NCBI RefSeq assembly: GCF_037042905.1
Contig: NC_087245.1
Span: 42,844,001 to 42,908,000 of the forward strand
From: Lytechinus pictus
Lineage: Eukaryota
Length of the DNA: 64,000 bases
Direction: 5' to 3'
The position numbers and the translations under genes are program-made. The stretch's first letter is position 1; every line of letters begins with the position of its first letter. The notes under the pieces were generated by a model. The model was not told the origin of the DNA. It worked only from the letters and a program-made list of their open reading frames with translations, and made no database searches. Of the stretch, positions 27,601 to 39,330 are shown piece after piece.

Positions 27601-30600
27601 CTGCTCTACAATCAATGCTAAGCTTTGTGTTACAGGGGGGTTACAGGCCCTACAGATCTGCTTTTCGTGTGCAAAATTCTTTCCCGCGACACCCGCACTA
27701 TACATGCATGTACATTACGACTGATGGCTGGAGATATTCGAAATGCAGGACCTACAATAGATTATGACATGGATAAGAAAGTGGTTTTTCAAACAAATCC
27801 GAGTACATATTGAGTGCGGAAAAAGTTACTGAATTAAGGCTTAGATATAGATCATTACAGTCCATCGAATCGATATTGCATTTAATGCGGATTATTGGTG
27901 GATCTCTGGCAATTGATTCCATGGGTCAAATCACCTCTCCAGCCGAAACCATTTCGCATGCGTTAATGATGTACACAGCATGTATAAGTCTGAACACGTA
28001 CCAGCCGAATTTGCGGGTTTTTTCTTTTGTTTATTCCTACACAAGCGATATGCCCCTAGCACACAATGTAATGGGCATTATGTTTTACTTTCCCCAGAAA
28101 TGGGGATTAGATTCGAATTCCCGGGGGGACCACTTCCATTGATGAGTGGATACCAGGCACGACCATGCGGTTTCGAAAACCACCATAAACAAGGGAAGCA
28201 AGGCTTTTCCAGATTATGAAAATGCATTTCTTAACAAGTATTTAGCTTGTGAAACCCTACAAGTATTGAAAACATATCCTCCTTTTCAGTATTTTAAACA
28301 TCGTTTTTGACACCCTTATGACGTTACATAGGCCTATACGTAATGTCTTTACCCACTCTTTCCCTTTTTACGCGTGGTCACGCCTGGTATCCACTCTTCA
28401 ATGGAAGTGGGCCCCCCGGGCGGCCTCTCGAGCTCTGGGAGGAACCAAATGTGGCTTTGGAATGTCGTCCTAAATCGGATATATCGCTGTTACCATAGTA
28501 GCAACCAGAATTTTGCACACGAAACGCAGATTGAATGTTTCCGTTCCAGATGCGAAACGAAAAAAAATCTCATGTCACACAATTTGCATTGCAGGACAGA
28601 GTTTTACGACCATGACGACGGGCCCAAAAATCTCTTCCAAAATCAACTACCGTCGCAAATAAGCGTTCGCCTTCTCCAACGAAAGGTCGGGAGTAACATG
28701 CGGGACACCCTCTCTCACCCAATGGATGGCAACACCCAGTGGCGTACCGTGGGTCACGGCATTGGGGGGGGGGGGCACCAGCCAAATTGTTGAGTCACTT
28801 AGTGGGCGCGCGAAGCGCGCTCAATTGCCAGTTATGCTGATTGAGACATTTTAAGGACTGTGCCATTAAACGGATATGTATCTCACTGATCAAATAATGC
28901 GAGCGCGGAGCGCGAGCTGAAAAGATTTTGATATTCAGGCCTAAAAAGGGACTTTATAAGCAATTTTTTTAATCATGATACATACCTGTCGCACTAAACA
29001 AACAATGCGTATATAGGCCTATTGACCCCAAACAGGGTTATTTTAAGGACTATTTTTTTTTGGAATTCATAATCTCACCATAGTGCTGATTTTGTTAGAA
29101 TTAAAACGAAACACATGAAGCACATTTTGAAGTCATTGTAATCATGAACATGGCAACCCCAATGATGATTTACCCCCAGCAATCTTCAGTCATAGTCAAG
29201 AATGAATAGGACGATTAAGGGCCATTAGTTTCCGCACCTTCTTCATGGTATCAGGGTGCGATGCCATCAAGAGAATAGCCCACATCAACGTCGTACTCGT
29301 GGTCCCTGTCCCTGCCGCAAACAGATCAAAGATGCCACGCCACACCCTCGTCTCATCAAATACGATGTCATCTCTGCGTTTTTTCTGCTCTCGAATCTCC
29401 AAGACGTAGAGGTCAATGATGTCTCTGATGTGTTGATCATCGAGGCTGTTCTCGTGTTCCCGGACCATGCGCGTTACCAGAGATTTCAGCCGGAAGACCA
29501 GTTGTCGGAACTCAGAGTACAAAGGCGTGTGCAGGAGAAACGGGAAAAGTTGTCCCAAGGAGAAAAATGTGATGGATGACAGTGCACTGTGCATTCTTCC
29601 AATCAATTCCTTGAATTCTGGATCATTTAAATCAAACCTTCAAGGACCAGAAAGTATATAGAACAATCATTGCAATAAGACTATTAGTGAATGACTGGAA
29701 ATTAATCTTTGACAGTTCGGTAATGCCTACCTGACATTCATAAAAAAAAGATTAGCAATATTGTATTCTTGTGAGAAAAATGTTAAATTTTACTTGTTTT
29801 CAACCAACACAGATGAACTTTCATGATAATATTGTATCTTGACCATTTGCAAAATAGAAACATCGCGATTAAGAATTAAAAGTTTATTGTTTTTATTTCA
29901 TTTCTATATCTACTTTTCAACATACAAATGAAAAATGCAAAAATACAAATCAATTATAAACATCTGACTATTTTGCCGACTTCTAAATTTATGTTAAATT
30001 TGAGAATAAAGTACGGCGGACGGACGCCACTTGCACCGGCAATGGGATCCCTGATATTTCGCAATCACCTCTCTTCATGCAGTGGAGGCGAGGCGAGGCA
30101 AGGGGGGGGGGGGGGGGGGTGCTCAAAATTTTCGCAATAGAAGAAGCTGGTAGAGTAAATGGCAATTAGTCTGTGAAAGATCATAATTGTTATGATTAAT
30201 CTAAAAGTATTCTATACTCGGTATTTTGAAAGATTCATGCATCGATCTCGTGAGTACCTCGGCGACAATTCGTGTACACTTACCTCTGTCCGAAGGTTAT
30301 GCCGCAGATGATGCTGGATACGGAGTGGGTGATAAGTCCTTTTGGGTTAAAACTGGTTTCTTGGTTATTCTCGATGACCTCACAAAGTATGTTCGCCTCT
30401 TCGATGATCCGTTGTTCCATGCTGTACTTCCCAACGCCGAACGTCCTCATAGCACCAAGGCCAAAGCGACGACGAGCCTTCCATACAGGGCCATTGTCGA
30501 AAGCAAAACTACCTGAAAAAAAATGAATGGCTAAACTTAATACTGAGTTGAAACGAGTGTTGATTTACGCTCTCTGAATTGTGATGGTAAAAGACATTAA

Positions 30601-32624
30601 ATCCATTATGAACCTTGGCGTACTGTGCAAAACGGTCCGAATTGAGTTCTTGTTTGGTCCCATTCCTGTTATGCCAAATATTGCGATAATAATGAAAAAA
30701 AGTGTATGTTTATTCCTTGATTCATTTATTCGGTTGTTTATTCATAATGTACATATTTATTTATTTATTTATTTATGCAATAATTTATTTCTTTATTTAT
30801 TTCATATATTCAAAAATAGTAGCTCAATCAGCAAAGCACGTATTGGTTCCATTTTGGGCCCTTTTTTTTGGGGGGGGGGGCACCAGCAAAAATGTTGAGT
30901 CACTTCGTGAGCGCGCGAAGCGCGCTCAGTTGCCAGGTATACTGACCTAATAGAGACATTTTAAAGACAATGCCATTAAACGGATATGTACCTCACTAAT
31001 CAAATAATGCGAGCGCGAAGGGCGGGCTGAAAATGTTGATATTCACACTTAAAAAGGGACATTATAATCAAAATTTCGTAATCATGATACGTAACTGTCT
31101 CGCTAAACAATGCGAGCGCGAAGTGCGAGCTGAAATTTTGGTATATGTATTGACCCCAAGCAAGGAGATTTTAAGGACTATATTTTAGGAATCCATTAAG
31201 AGTATACATATCTAACCATAGTCATCTAATGCGAGTGCCAAGCGCTTGCTGATTTTGTTAGAATTACATCTAAACACATAAAGCACTTGTAGTCATTGTA
31301 ATCATGCATATCATACGCATCTCACTAATCAAACATTGCGAGCGCGAAGCGCGAGCTGAAAATTTAGATAATTCAGACCTGAAGAGGGGCATTTTAAGGC
31401 TTGTTTGTAGGAATTCACGAAGACCATACGTATTTCACTAATCAAGTGATGCGAGCGCGAAGCGCGAGCTGAAAATTTTTGATATTTACATCAGAAAAAG
31501 GGACATTTCAAGGACTGATCCGTATTCATGGAGAGCAGACATTTCTCACCAATCCACTAATGCGAACGTAATTACGGACAGGAAATGTTTTATATTAAGA
31601 CCTTAACATGGGGCAATCACTTTAAGTAGTCATGAAAAAGAAGCATATGTCACTACATAAAACAATAATAACTCGAAGTGCGAGGAAATATATTTGGTGT
31701 ATATTGACTTGAAAACGGGAGGTGTTAGTACAACAGGATTATATATTCCATTAAACAGACAATGAAAGCACCAAGAACAGTGAAGACCCTAGAAAATTAT
31801 GTTTCATAAAGTTATGATAAAAATGTTTATTATGTAATGTAACATAACATAATTATAATGTAAAATTATAATGAATAAGAAGTTCTTCTTTCCCACTTCG
31901 TTTCTCTTCCTTTCTCCCTCTTTTTCTCCTTTTCCCCGTTTTCTTTTTGGCCAGCCGATTGGGGGGGGGGGGGGGCACGTGCGCCCCACCGTAGTTACGC
32001 CACTGCCTATCTACACAGAGAGAAAATTAAAGCTATATATATATATATTCAATACATGAACCTGCATGCAAAATGTTACAAAGTTATTGAGTATGAATTT
32101 AGGTAGTGTCACTTTAACATTATACCTACACAATGGAACATGTTTTAATGGATGATCTGCTGTGATAACTCCTATAAAATAGGTTTACCATTGAGAAACC
32201 TATATTAATCTGAAAGTTTAACTCTTGATAATTCTTGATAATTTGCTACAACCTAATTACCCGCAGAACCAAGAGCGTATTTGAGCAGAGGGGGCATATG
32301 TCGGTCTGAAAAGGCATCGGACTGGTTCACGAAGGTCTCTTTAACCGCATCGATGTCGTTCATCACCATGATCGTCTGGGGTCCTACACGAATTGAGAAA
32401 ATGTTGCCGTACTTGTCCATCAGTCCTCGGAAGACATGGCGAAAGTCACCACGGAGCATAAGAAGATGTCCGATCAGTGGGAGACCCGGAGGCGAAGGGG
32501 GCAGAGGAAGCGCCGACTTTCTTCTTGCTTTGGATCCCACCACCAGCCATTTTACAAGAAGGAAGGCAGCGACGAACACCAGCCCATCTCTCAATCTGTT
32601 AGTTTGGAATATACCCATATCCAT
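18463..32624 (-). CDS. Cytochrome P450, CYP2 clan, 6 exons, 499 aa: join(32624-32261, 30512-30284, 29637-29238, 26843-26654, 25797-25660, 18641-18463)
   Basis: All introns are GT-AG and in phase; 1500-nt CDS; membrane anchor plus [18 protein letters not shown]-helix AAGTGTT, EIQR, PSRF and heme motif FGTGSRSCLG. Confidence 0.95.
20292..22806. mobile_element. Tc1/mariner-like MITE (middle layer)
   Basis: TA-CAGTGCCTATCAAAA...AAGTTTACACTT and AAGTGTAAACTT...TGATACGCACTG-TA. Confidence 0.85.
20983..22515. mobile_element. hAT-like non-autonomous element (inner layer)
   Basis: TIR CAGTGGCGTA/TACGCCACTG; perfect 8-bp TSD GGTGAAAG (20975-20982, 22516-22523); internal subrepeats with GCTCGCGCTTCGCGCTCGCA. 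Confidence 0.9.
23257..24337. mobile_element. Second copy of the hAT-like element
   Basis: Same TIRs and interior; flanks CAACGAAC and CAATGGAC match at 6/8. Confidence 0.85.
25660..25797 (-). CDS. CYP2-clan P450 exon 5
   Basis: [10 protein letters not shown]...FNPSRFL...FIPFGT. Confidence 0.93.
26249..26424. repeat. Foldback hairpin element
   Basis: Near-perfect inverted arms centred on CCGAACAA-ATCC-TTGTTCGG (26331-26350). Confidence 0.85.
26654..26843 (-). CDS. CYP2-clan P450 exon 4
   Basis: [10 protein letters not shown]...ATILEIQRF...GYSIPKGT. Confidence 0.93.
28120..28420. mobile_element. MITE with CCCGGGGGG termini
   Basis: ~45-bp TIR CCCGGGGGG.CCACTTCCATTGA.GAGTGGATACCAGGC. Confidence 0.8.
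28737..29150. mobile_element. Truncated, reversed copy of the hAT-like element
   Basis: Starts CAGTGGCGTACCGTGGGTCACGGCA, the reverse complement of the end at 22515. Confidence 0.8.
29238..29637 (-). CDS. CYP2-clan P450 exon 3
   Basis: FDLNDPEF...RDIIDLY...[30 protein letters not shown]. Confidence 0.93.
30284..30512 (-). CDS. CYP2-clan P450 exon 2
   Basis: [28 protein letters not shown]...[16 protein letters not shown] acceptor, GTAAGT donor. Confidence 0.93.
30870..32005. mobile_element. Reversed copy of the hAT-like element in CYP intron 1
   Basis: Reverse complement of the 20983-22515 interior; ends GTAGTTACGCCACTG; the left TIR is missing. Confidence 0.85.
32261..32624 (-). CDS. CYP2-clan P450 exon 1
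   Basis: MDMGIF...[13 protein letters not shown]...FSDRH; donor GTAATT. Confidence 0.93.
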
Positions 32625-35600
32625 ATTCCGTCTCCACGTATATTGACTTTGTTAGTAAAATCAATATCCCGAAAATATTAAGCAGCTCTCAGTCCGCTGT
32701 AATAGGCCTCTATTTCTGACTACTGGTCAAACAATGCGCAGTGATCAAACCTTTCTTTGAATTTGTTTGCACAACTTTGAAAGGTGTATCCACTCAAAGA
32801 ATCGACTCAAGGACAATCAAATCACCTTTCAGATCCGACTCTATTACTATGCTTGCAACCATGTTACACATTCTTACAGTACACAGACACAGGTCCCTTT
32901 CCCCCAACGAGAGTCTATACTCAATCTTCTCTTGATTTCAAAAGCTCAGGTTAATGGAGATATCTCCAGCGTTAAACTACGACCTTGCACGTCCGATTAT
33001 TCTGTTACAAACGAAAATAAAAAAGTATCTTTGAAGTTTCAAAACACATGAGTGGTGTATTTGATTTATTGCAGCACGAAATGAAATGGTGGATGCTCCC
33101 GTGGATTCTGAACAAAAGAGTTTATTGTCATGCAACATCATGCGGTTGGCTTACGAGACCTAGATGTTACTACGCTGTGTAGGCCCACACCATTACGTGT
33201 GAAGGTATGGTGAAAAAATCTTGGGTGAAATATTTTTTTTTAATGCGAATGCAGCTATGCATGTCATCAGATATACCTGAAACACGTCGCCTTGTTATGC
33301 TGACATCTGAACTAGTACGTTCAAAGTCCACCTGGGCTCCCATCTCATAAATAATTGTTATAATAACAAAATATACACAATTTCTGAGGTAAGCTCACTA
33401 TCAGCCAGTCAATCTGGAGTATTTCAGTAGCTTAAAACTGTTATTGCAGATTCAGGTTTGATGAAACGGGCACCTGATAACTCTCTTTTCAATATGACAT
33501 TGAATTGATTTGGTAGCGAGTTCCATTTTTTCTGAAAAGGTTGGGCCCTCAACTCGGCTCATCCAAATGCAAAAATGCGAATGCATGTATGCTGATATAT
33601 TGTAAATATGTTGTTAGATTTTTTTAATGTTTTTACGCTGTCATTACCATGTTTATATTGATTTCACTCATCTGCGATTCTTGGAATATTTGCCCAAACT
33701 CTTGGAATATTTCTGATATTCCAATCTGAGCCATCCAATATAATAAAATACTTGATTAGTTATAATATTATGTGCGACGGAGATAACAGCGGATCTGGTT
33801 AAACATCATACAAAAAAAATGTAATTTGTAATTTTAAATGATAATCATTCATGTTTATCTCATTACTTTCTAAGTTAGTCAGTCTACATAATCTCTATGG
33901 AAGGGGTCAGAGGCCCTAAAATGCATGATTCTCAACTGAGGAGTGGATCGGTGGGAGGAGGGGGGGGGGGGGGGGGCTAAAGGTATGGGCAGTTTTGGGC
34001 ACACCCCTTACATTATGAAACAAAAGGCGTACCCCGTAAATTGCTTCATTTGGGACTGACGATCTTTTTTTTTTGGGGGGGGGAGCTTGTCAAGTTTGTT
34101 TTCTGGAGAGAAAATTCCTTTCTTTGGGAGGGCTAACCTGCGTAAATAAAACTGAAATGAATGAATAAATGAATAAATAAGTGATAACCATTTTTGGGGT
34201 GTTTTTGATAGTCTAAATTTTCGGAGGAACACACCCCTTGCACCCCCCCCCCCATGTGCCGTCAGTGACATTCACATGTACTTTGTGCAAATGATTGTGT
34301 TGCCTTCTTAAAAATAGAACACCGAAACAATTGGAAATGTAAATATTTATTCATCATTTCTGTCTAGGCCTTTTGGAATCATGTAACTAAATATCGTGAT
34401 TGTCTTGCAAATTGTCATGGACTCTATACCCTTCAATATATCGCTTGAAGTTATTCAAACGAAAAAAAGTCAATTTAACAGTGCATGCTTATTTAAATGA
34501 AACAAAATCCCAAAGAGGGTGTATCAATATTATTTAGAAGGGTGAAATGAGAGAAGTGCGATTTAAAACAAGTCTCATCAAAATCGGGTATAAATAAGAG
34601 TTGTGGAAATTTAAGAGGCATTACAACACTTTTTATAGGGATCCACAAATTGGCAAAAAGCTTCCAAAATCGCTGATTTTGGGGAAAATGTCAATTTGTT
34701 TTGTACACAAATTTTCAGATTTCCCCTTTACCTTACATAGCCCTATTTCTGCTTGTCTCTTTCCTGAACCTAACATACAAGTTAATTATATCTTCATATC
34801 ATTATGTTTTGCTTGGGAGGCAAGATGCGGAATGAAACATTTTGGGGAAAATCTGAAAATTTGTGTACAAATCCAATTGAGAGTTGTCCACTACAATCAG
34901 CTAATTTGAAGGACCTTTTATAGAAATTGATGATAAGGATGCATCTCACTATTAAAAATACGAGCGTGCAGTGCGAGCTGCAAAGTTTTTGAAAATCAGA
35001 CCTGAACGCGACATTTTGGATACTTTTTTAATCATATAATAATTAATAGGACGTTCCTCACTAATCCCTGATGATGATTACAAAAAATATGCTTACAATG
35101 TAACATTTTTAAAGTGATTGGTCAACATTGGTTTGACTTTTAAAAAAATGTTACAAAAATGAAGCCCAGAAAAAATTGCGTTCGAAAATAATTATTTAGT
35201 GCTTCAAAAATTGAAATATAAAGTGACCGAAAACACCATCTTAATTTCATTCCATACGCTTATGTGTACTATTTAGGCGTCTATAAGACGCCTTTTTACA
35301 AAATCGGGGTTTGCCTTGTAGTTTTATCTTTTCATTCTCAATAATGGTTGTTTTCAGGGTTTATTAGTTCTAATACATGCACTTGTACACATGTTTTATC
35401 TTGGTTTAAGAATTTTTTTAATCGGCTGCTCACAAAGTTAAACAATACCTTTAAGCTTGAATATCCTTTTTCAGCACGGGCTCGCGTTTTTATTAGTGAG
35501 ATAATATCCTTTTCGTAAAATACTTCAAACAGCTCTTATAATGCCCCTATTTCGTGTTAGTATATCAATAATTTCGTCTCAAATCAATTTTTAATTTAGA

Positions 35601-36314
35601 AACACATTCTCGTTGCGATAAGTACGATCTTCTTCACGAATTGCCCTAAACAGTCCTAATAATGTACCCTATCCATGCCAGTAGGTCCTGTATCAAAACC
35701 ATCTGATCACGCTTTATAATTATGAATGCAAAAAGCAAATGCTTTAAAAAAGTTTCAGGTCTTAATACCAACAATTTTTAGATCGCGCTCCGTACTCTCA
35801 GTACTCTTCATGAGTAGCCTATCCTCTTTATAATAATATCTATATGTCAAACGGTGCTTTAAGCACTCCCTTATATAATTTATCAACAATTTTGTATACC
35901 ATATGTCAGGGGCGTCGATCCATTTTTCAGATTGGGGGGCAAAATCATGAATCAACATTCCAAAGGCACTCGAACAAACTAACTCTTAATTCACACACAT
36001 ATCATTCAAACATATATATATATATATATGTTTGAATGATATGTGTGAATGATATACACTACTCAAAAAAAGTTAAGGACCACTTTTTAAAACGTACATA
36101 AAGATTTTATACAAGGTGTTTTATTTCTGGAAATACCTCAGTACAACTGTCCTAAATGTCCTTAAACACGCTGTAATCAATTTCACGCATGGGTGGTTTC
36201 AGTTGTTGCACAATGTCTCTCGCATCACTGCACATCCTGAAAAGTGGGCCCCGAGGGGTATCAGCTACCGACATGAAGTGGTAAAAACGAATGTCTGAGT
36301 GTCTTTCAGGCAGT

Positions 36315-37343
36315 TCAGTAACGAGTGTGACCACCTCCTGCAGCAATAACGGCTTCACAGCGCTGTCTCATGGAGCTGATGAGGCGATTGATGTCTCTGA
36401 CGTCCAGTGCATCCCATGCAGCCTCCAGAGCCACACCCAGCTGCTGCAGTCCAAGTGGATGGGCTTCGAGCTGCTCGAGACTCCTCCCCATCATGTCCCA
36501 GACGTGCTCTATCGGGTTTAAGTCCGGGGACCTCGCTGGCCACTCCATACGCTCAATCCCCTGGCCCTCAAGGAACTCGGTCACCACCCTAGCTCGGTGG
36601 GCACGGGCATTGTCATCCATGAAAATGATGTTTTGTCCCACATTTTCTGCAAATGGCACCACTATAGGTTCAAGGACCTCATCCCTGTACCTCACTCCTG
36701 TCATTGCTCCCCCTGGGACCACGTAGAGACGAGTACGGTTGGCGTAGGTTATGCCTCCCCACACCATGACGCTGCCTCCCCCATAACGGTCATGTTCTGC
36801 AATACAGGGGTCTGCAAATCTCTCTCCTGGTCGCCTCCAGACTCTCGAACGTCCATCATTGTGGTCAAGGGAAAATCTGCTCTCATCTGTGAACAGAACT
36901 CTACGCCATTGCTGTCTGGTCCATCTGACATGCTCCCGGGCCCAGTTGAGACGAATTCTTCTGTGAGCAGGGGTGAGTGGGACACACTGAGCTGGCCGTC
37001 TGGCATGCATATTGGCTCTGTGAAGTCGGTTACGGATTGTTTGAGTGGAAACAATCACTCCAGTTGCTGCAGCGAAGTCATTGTTGAGGCGGCGTGCATT
37101 GTGAAAGCGGTTGCGGAGGCTGAGATTCGTCAAGTAGCGATCATCTCTAGGGGTTGTCGAAACTGGTCGGCCACTGCGGGGTCTCTCGGAGTATAGCCCT
37201 GTCTCTCGGTGTCTTTGATTTGCTCTGCTAATGACACTGTGTGACACGCCCATCATTCTGGCTACTCTTCGCTGACTGAGGCCAGCTTCCAGCATCCCTA
37301 GGGCTCTGGCTACATCTGTTTCACTTAGGTGGTGTCTTGGCAT
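36315..37343 (-). CDS. Intact Tc1-family DD34E transposase, 342 aa
   Basis: ATG at 37343 (MPRHHLS); paired-like HTH and GRP; FTDESRF, MDDNA, SPDLNPIE with 34 residues between D and E. Confidence 0.95.
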   Translation of the reverse strand: MPRHHLSETDVARALGMLEAGLSQRRVARMMGVSHSVISRANQRHRETGLYSERPRSGRPVSTTPRDDRYLTNLSLRNRFHNARRLNNDFAAATGVIVSTQTIRNRLHRANMHARRPAQCVPLTPAHRRIRLNWAREHVRWTRQQWRRVLFTDESRFSLDHNDGRSRVWRRPGERFADPCIAEHDRYGGGSVMVWGGITYANRTRLYVVPGGAMTGVRYRDEVLEPIVVPFAENVGQNIIFMDDNARAHRARVVTEFLEGQGIERMEWPARSPDLNPIEHVWDMMGRSLEQLEAHPLGLQQLGVALEAAWDALDVRDINRLISSMRQRCEAVIAAGGGHTRY

Positions 37344-37740
37344 TGCTGTTGTAGGCAAGTTGTTGATTGTACAGACTAAAGACGGAAAATGCTTTGGAAG
37401 ACACTTGTCTTATGGCCCACTGCAATGATGCCAGAGACATCATGAAAGAACTGCATGTGTGAAATTGATGTCATTGTGTTTGATGGCATTCTGGACAGCT
37501 GTACCTTGGCATTGCTATTGTCAGCAAGTTGTTGATTGTAGAGACTAAAGACAGAAAATGCTTTGGAAGCCACTTTTGTACGGGCACATTGCAATGATGC
37601 AAGAGACATGAAAGAACTGCATGTGTGAAATTGATTTCATTGTGTTTGATGGCATCCTGGACAGCTGTATCTTGGCATTGCTGTTGTCAGCAATTTGTTG
37701 ATTGTAGAGACTAAAGACAGAAAATGCATTTGAATCCACA
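37337..37740 (-). repeat. ~168-bp tandem repeats upstream of the Tc1 transposase
   Basis: ACAATCAACAA...AGCAATGCCAAG recurs with ATGs at 37343, 37512 and 37678. Confidence 0.9.
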
Positions 37741-37960
37741 TTTGTACCACTTCACAATGGGCCCACTTTTCAGGATATGCAATAATGCGAGAGACATCAT
37801 GCAACAACTGAAACCACCCATGTGTGAAATTGTTACAGGGTGTTTGAGGAGATTCAAGACAGCCATATTCGGGTATTTCTAGAAATAATGTACAACACCC
37901 GGTTTGAAAATTGTATACACACATTAAAAAGTGGTCCTTTACTTTTTTTGAGTAGCAGCA

Positions 37961-38724
37961 ACTTCGCTGCAGCAACTGGAGTGATTGTTTCCACTCAAAC
38001 AATCCGTAACCGACTTCACAGAGCCAATATGCATGCCAGACGGCCAGCTCAGTGTGTCCCACTCACCCCTGCTCACAGAAGAATTCGTCTCAACTGGGCC
38101 CGGAAGCATGTCAGATGGACCAGACAGCAATGGCGTAGAGTTCTGTTCACAGATGAGAGCAGATTTTCCCTTGACCACAATGATGGACGTTCGAGAGTCT
38201 GGAGGCGACCAGGAGAGAGATTTGCAGACCCCTGTATTGCAGAACATGACCGTTATGGGGGAGGCAGCGTCATGGTGTGGGGAGGCATCACCTACGCCAA
38301 CCGTACTCGTCTCTACGTGGTCCCAGGGGGAGCAATGACAGGAGTGAGGTACAGGGATGAGGTCCTTGAACCTATAGTGGTGCCATTTGCAGAAAATGTG
38401 GGACAAAACATCATTTTCATGGATGACAATGCCCGTGCCCACCGAGCTAGGGTGGTGACCGAGTTCCTTGAGGGCCAGGGGATTGAGCGTATGGAGTGGC
38501 CAGCGAGGTCCCCGGACTTAAACCCGATAGAGCACGTCTGGGACATGATGGGGAGGAGTCTCGAGCAGCTCGAAGCCCATCCACTTGGACTGCAGCAGCT
38601 GGGTGTGGCTCTGGAGGCTGCATGGGATGCACTGGACGTCAGAGACATCAATCGCCTCATCAGCTCCATGAGACAGCGCTGTGAAGCCGTTATTGCTGCA
38701 GGAGGTGGTCACACTCGTTACTGA
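37961..38724 (+). pseudogene. 5'-truncated inverted copy of the Tc1 transposase (catalytic domain intact, most of the DNA-binding region missing)
   Basis: Identical from FAAATG to GGHTRY* except WAREH to WARKH; ORF 37840-38724 reads through the internal TIR from a non-ATG start. Confidence 0.9.
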
Positions 38725-39058
38725 ACTGCCTGAAAGACACTCAGACATTCGTTTTTACCACTTCATGTCGGTAGCTGATACCCCTCGGGGCCCACTTTTC
38801 AGGATGTGCAGTGATGCGAGAGACATTGTGCAACAACTGAAACCACCCATGCGTGAAATTGATTACAGCGTGTTTAAGGACATTTAGGACAGTTGTACTG
38901 AGGTATTTCCAGAAATAAAACACCTTGTATAAAATCTTTATGTACGTTTTAAAAAGTGGTCCTTAACTTTTTTTGAGTAGTGTATATATATATATATATT
39001 ATGATGTGATGACAAGTTTACTTGTACCAAACGCTCCTGAGTTGTGAGTATGAAACAA

Positions 39059-39330
39059 TGAGAAGAGGTCAACTCAAAAGATGACGCAAGACACTAAGAA
39101 GCCAAGAATGGTGTCCCAGCGTCATCACGCTAAAAGTATCCAAACCTGAAAAAAAAAAGATATTCGAACTTAAAAATGTAACATTGTAAGCATATTTTTG
39201 TTATCATCATCAGGGATTAGTGAGGAACGTCCCCTATAATTATTTTATGATTAAAAAAGTATCCAAAATGTCCTGCGTCATTAAGCTAAGAATGGTGTCC
39301 TGCGTCATCTTTTGAGTTGACCTCATCTCA
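39059..39330. mobile_element. Small TIR element
   Basis: 36-bp TIR TGAGA(A/T)GAGGTCAACTCAAAAGATGACGCA(A/G)GACAC. Confidence 0.7.

Larger units (their letters stand above)
36057..38982. mobile_element. Tc1 composite: full element (36057-37955) plus a 1022-bp inverted self-duplication (37961-38982)
   Basis: Outer ends TA-CACTACTCAAAAAAAGTTAAGGACCAC...GTGGTCCTTAACTTTTTTTGAGTAGTG-TA; an internal TIR ends at 37955 without its terminal TG. Confidence 0.93.

Noticed and set aside
36355..38923. Many mirrored overlapping ORFs
   Set aside because: Alternative-frame and antisense shadows of the duplicated Tc1 transposase.
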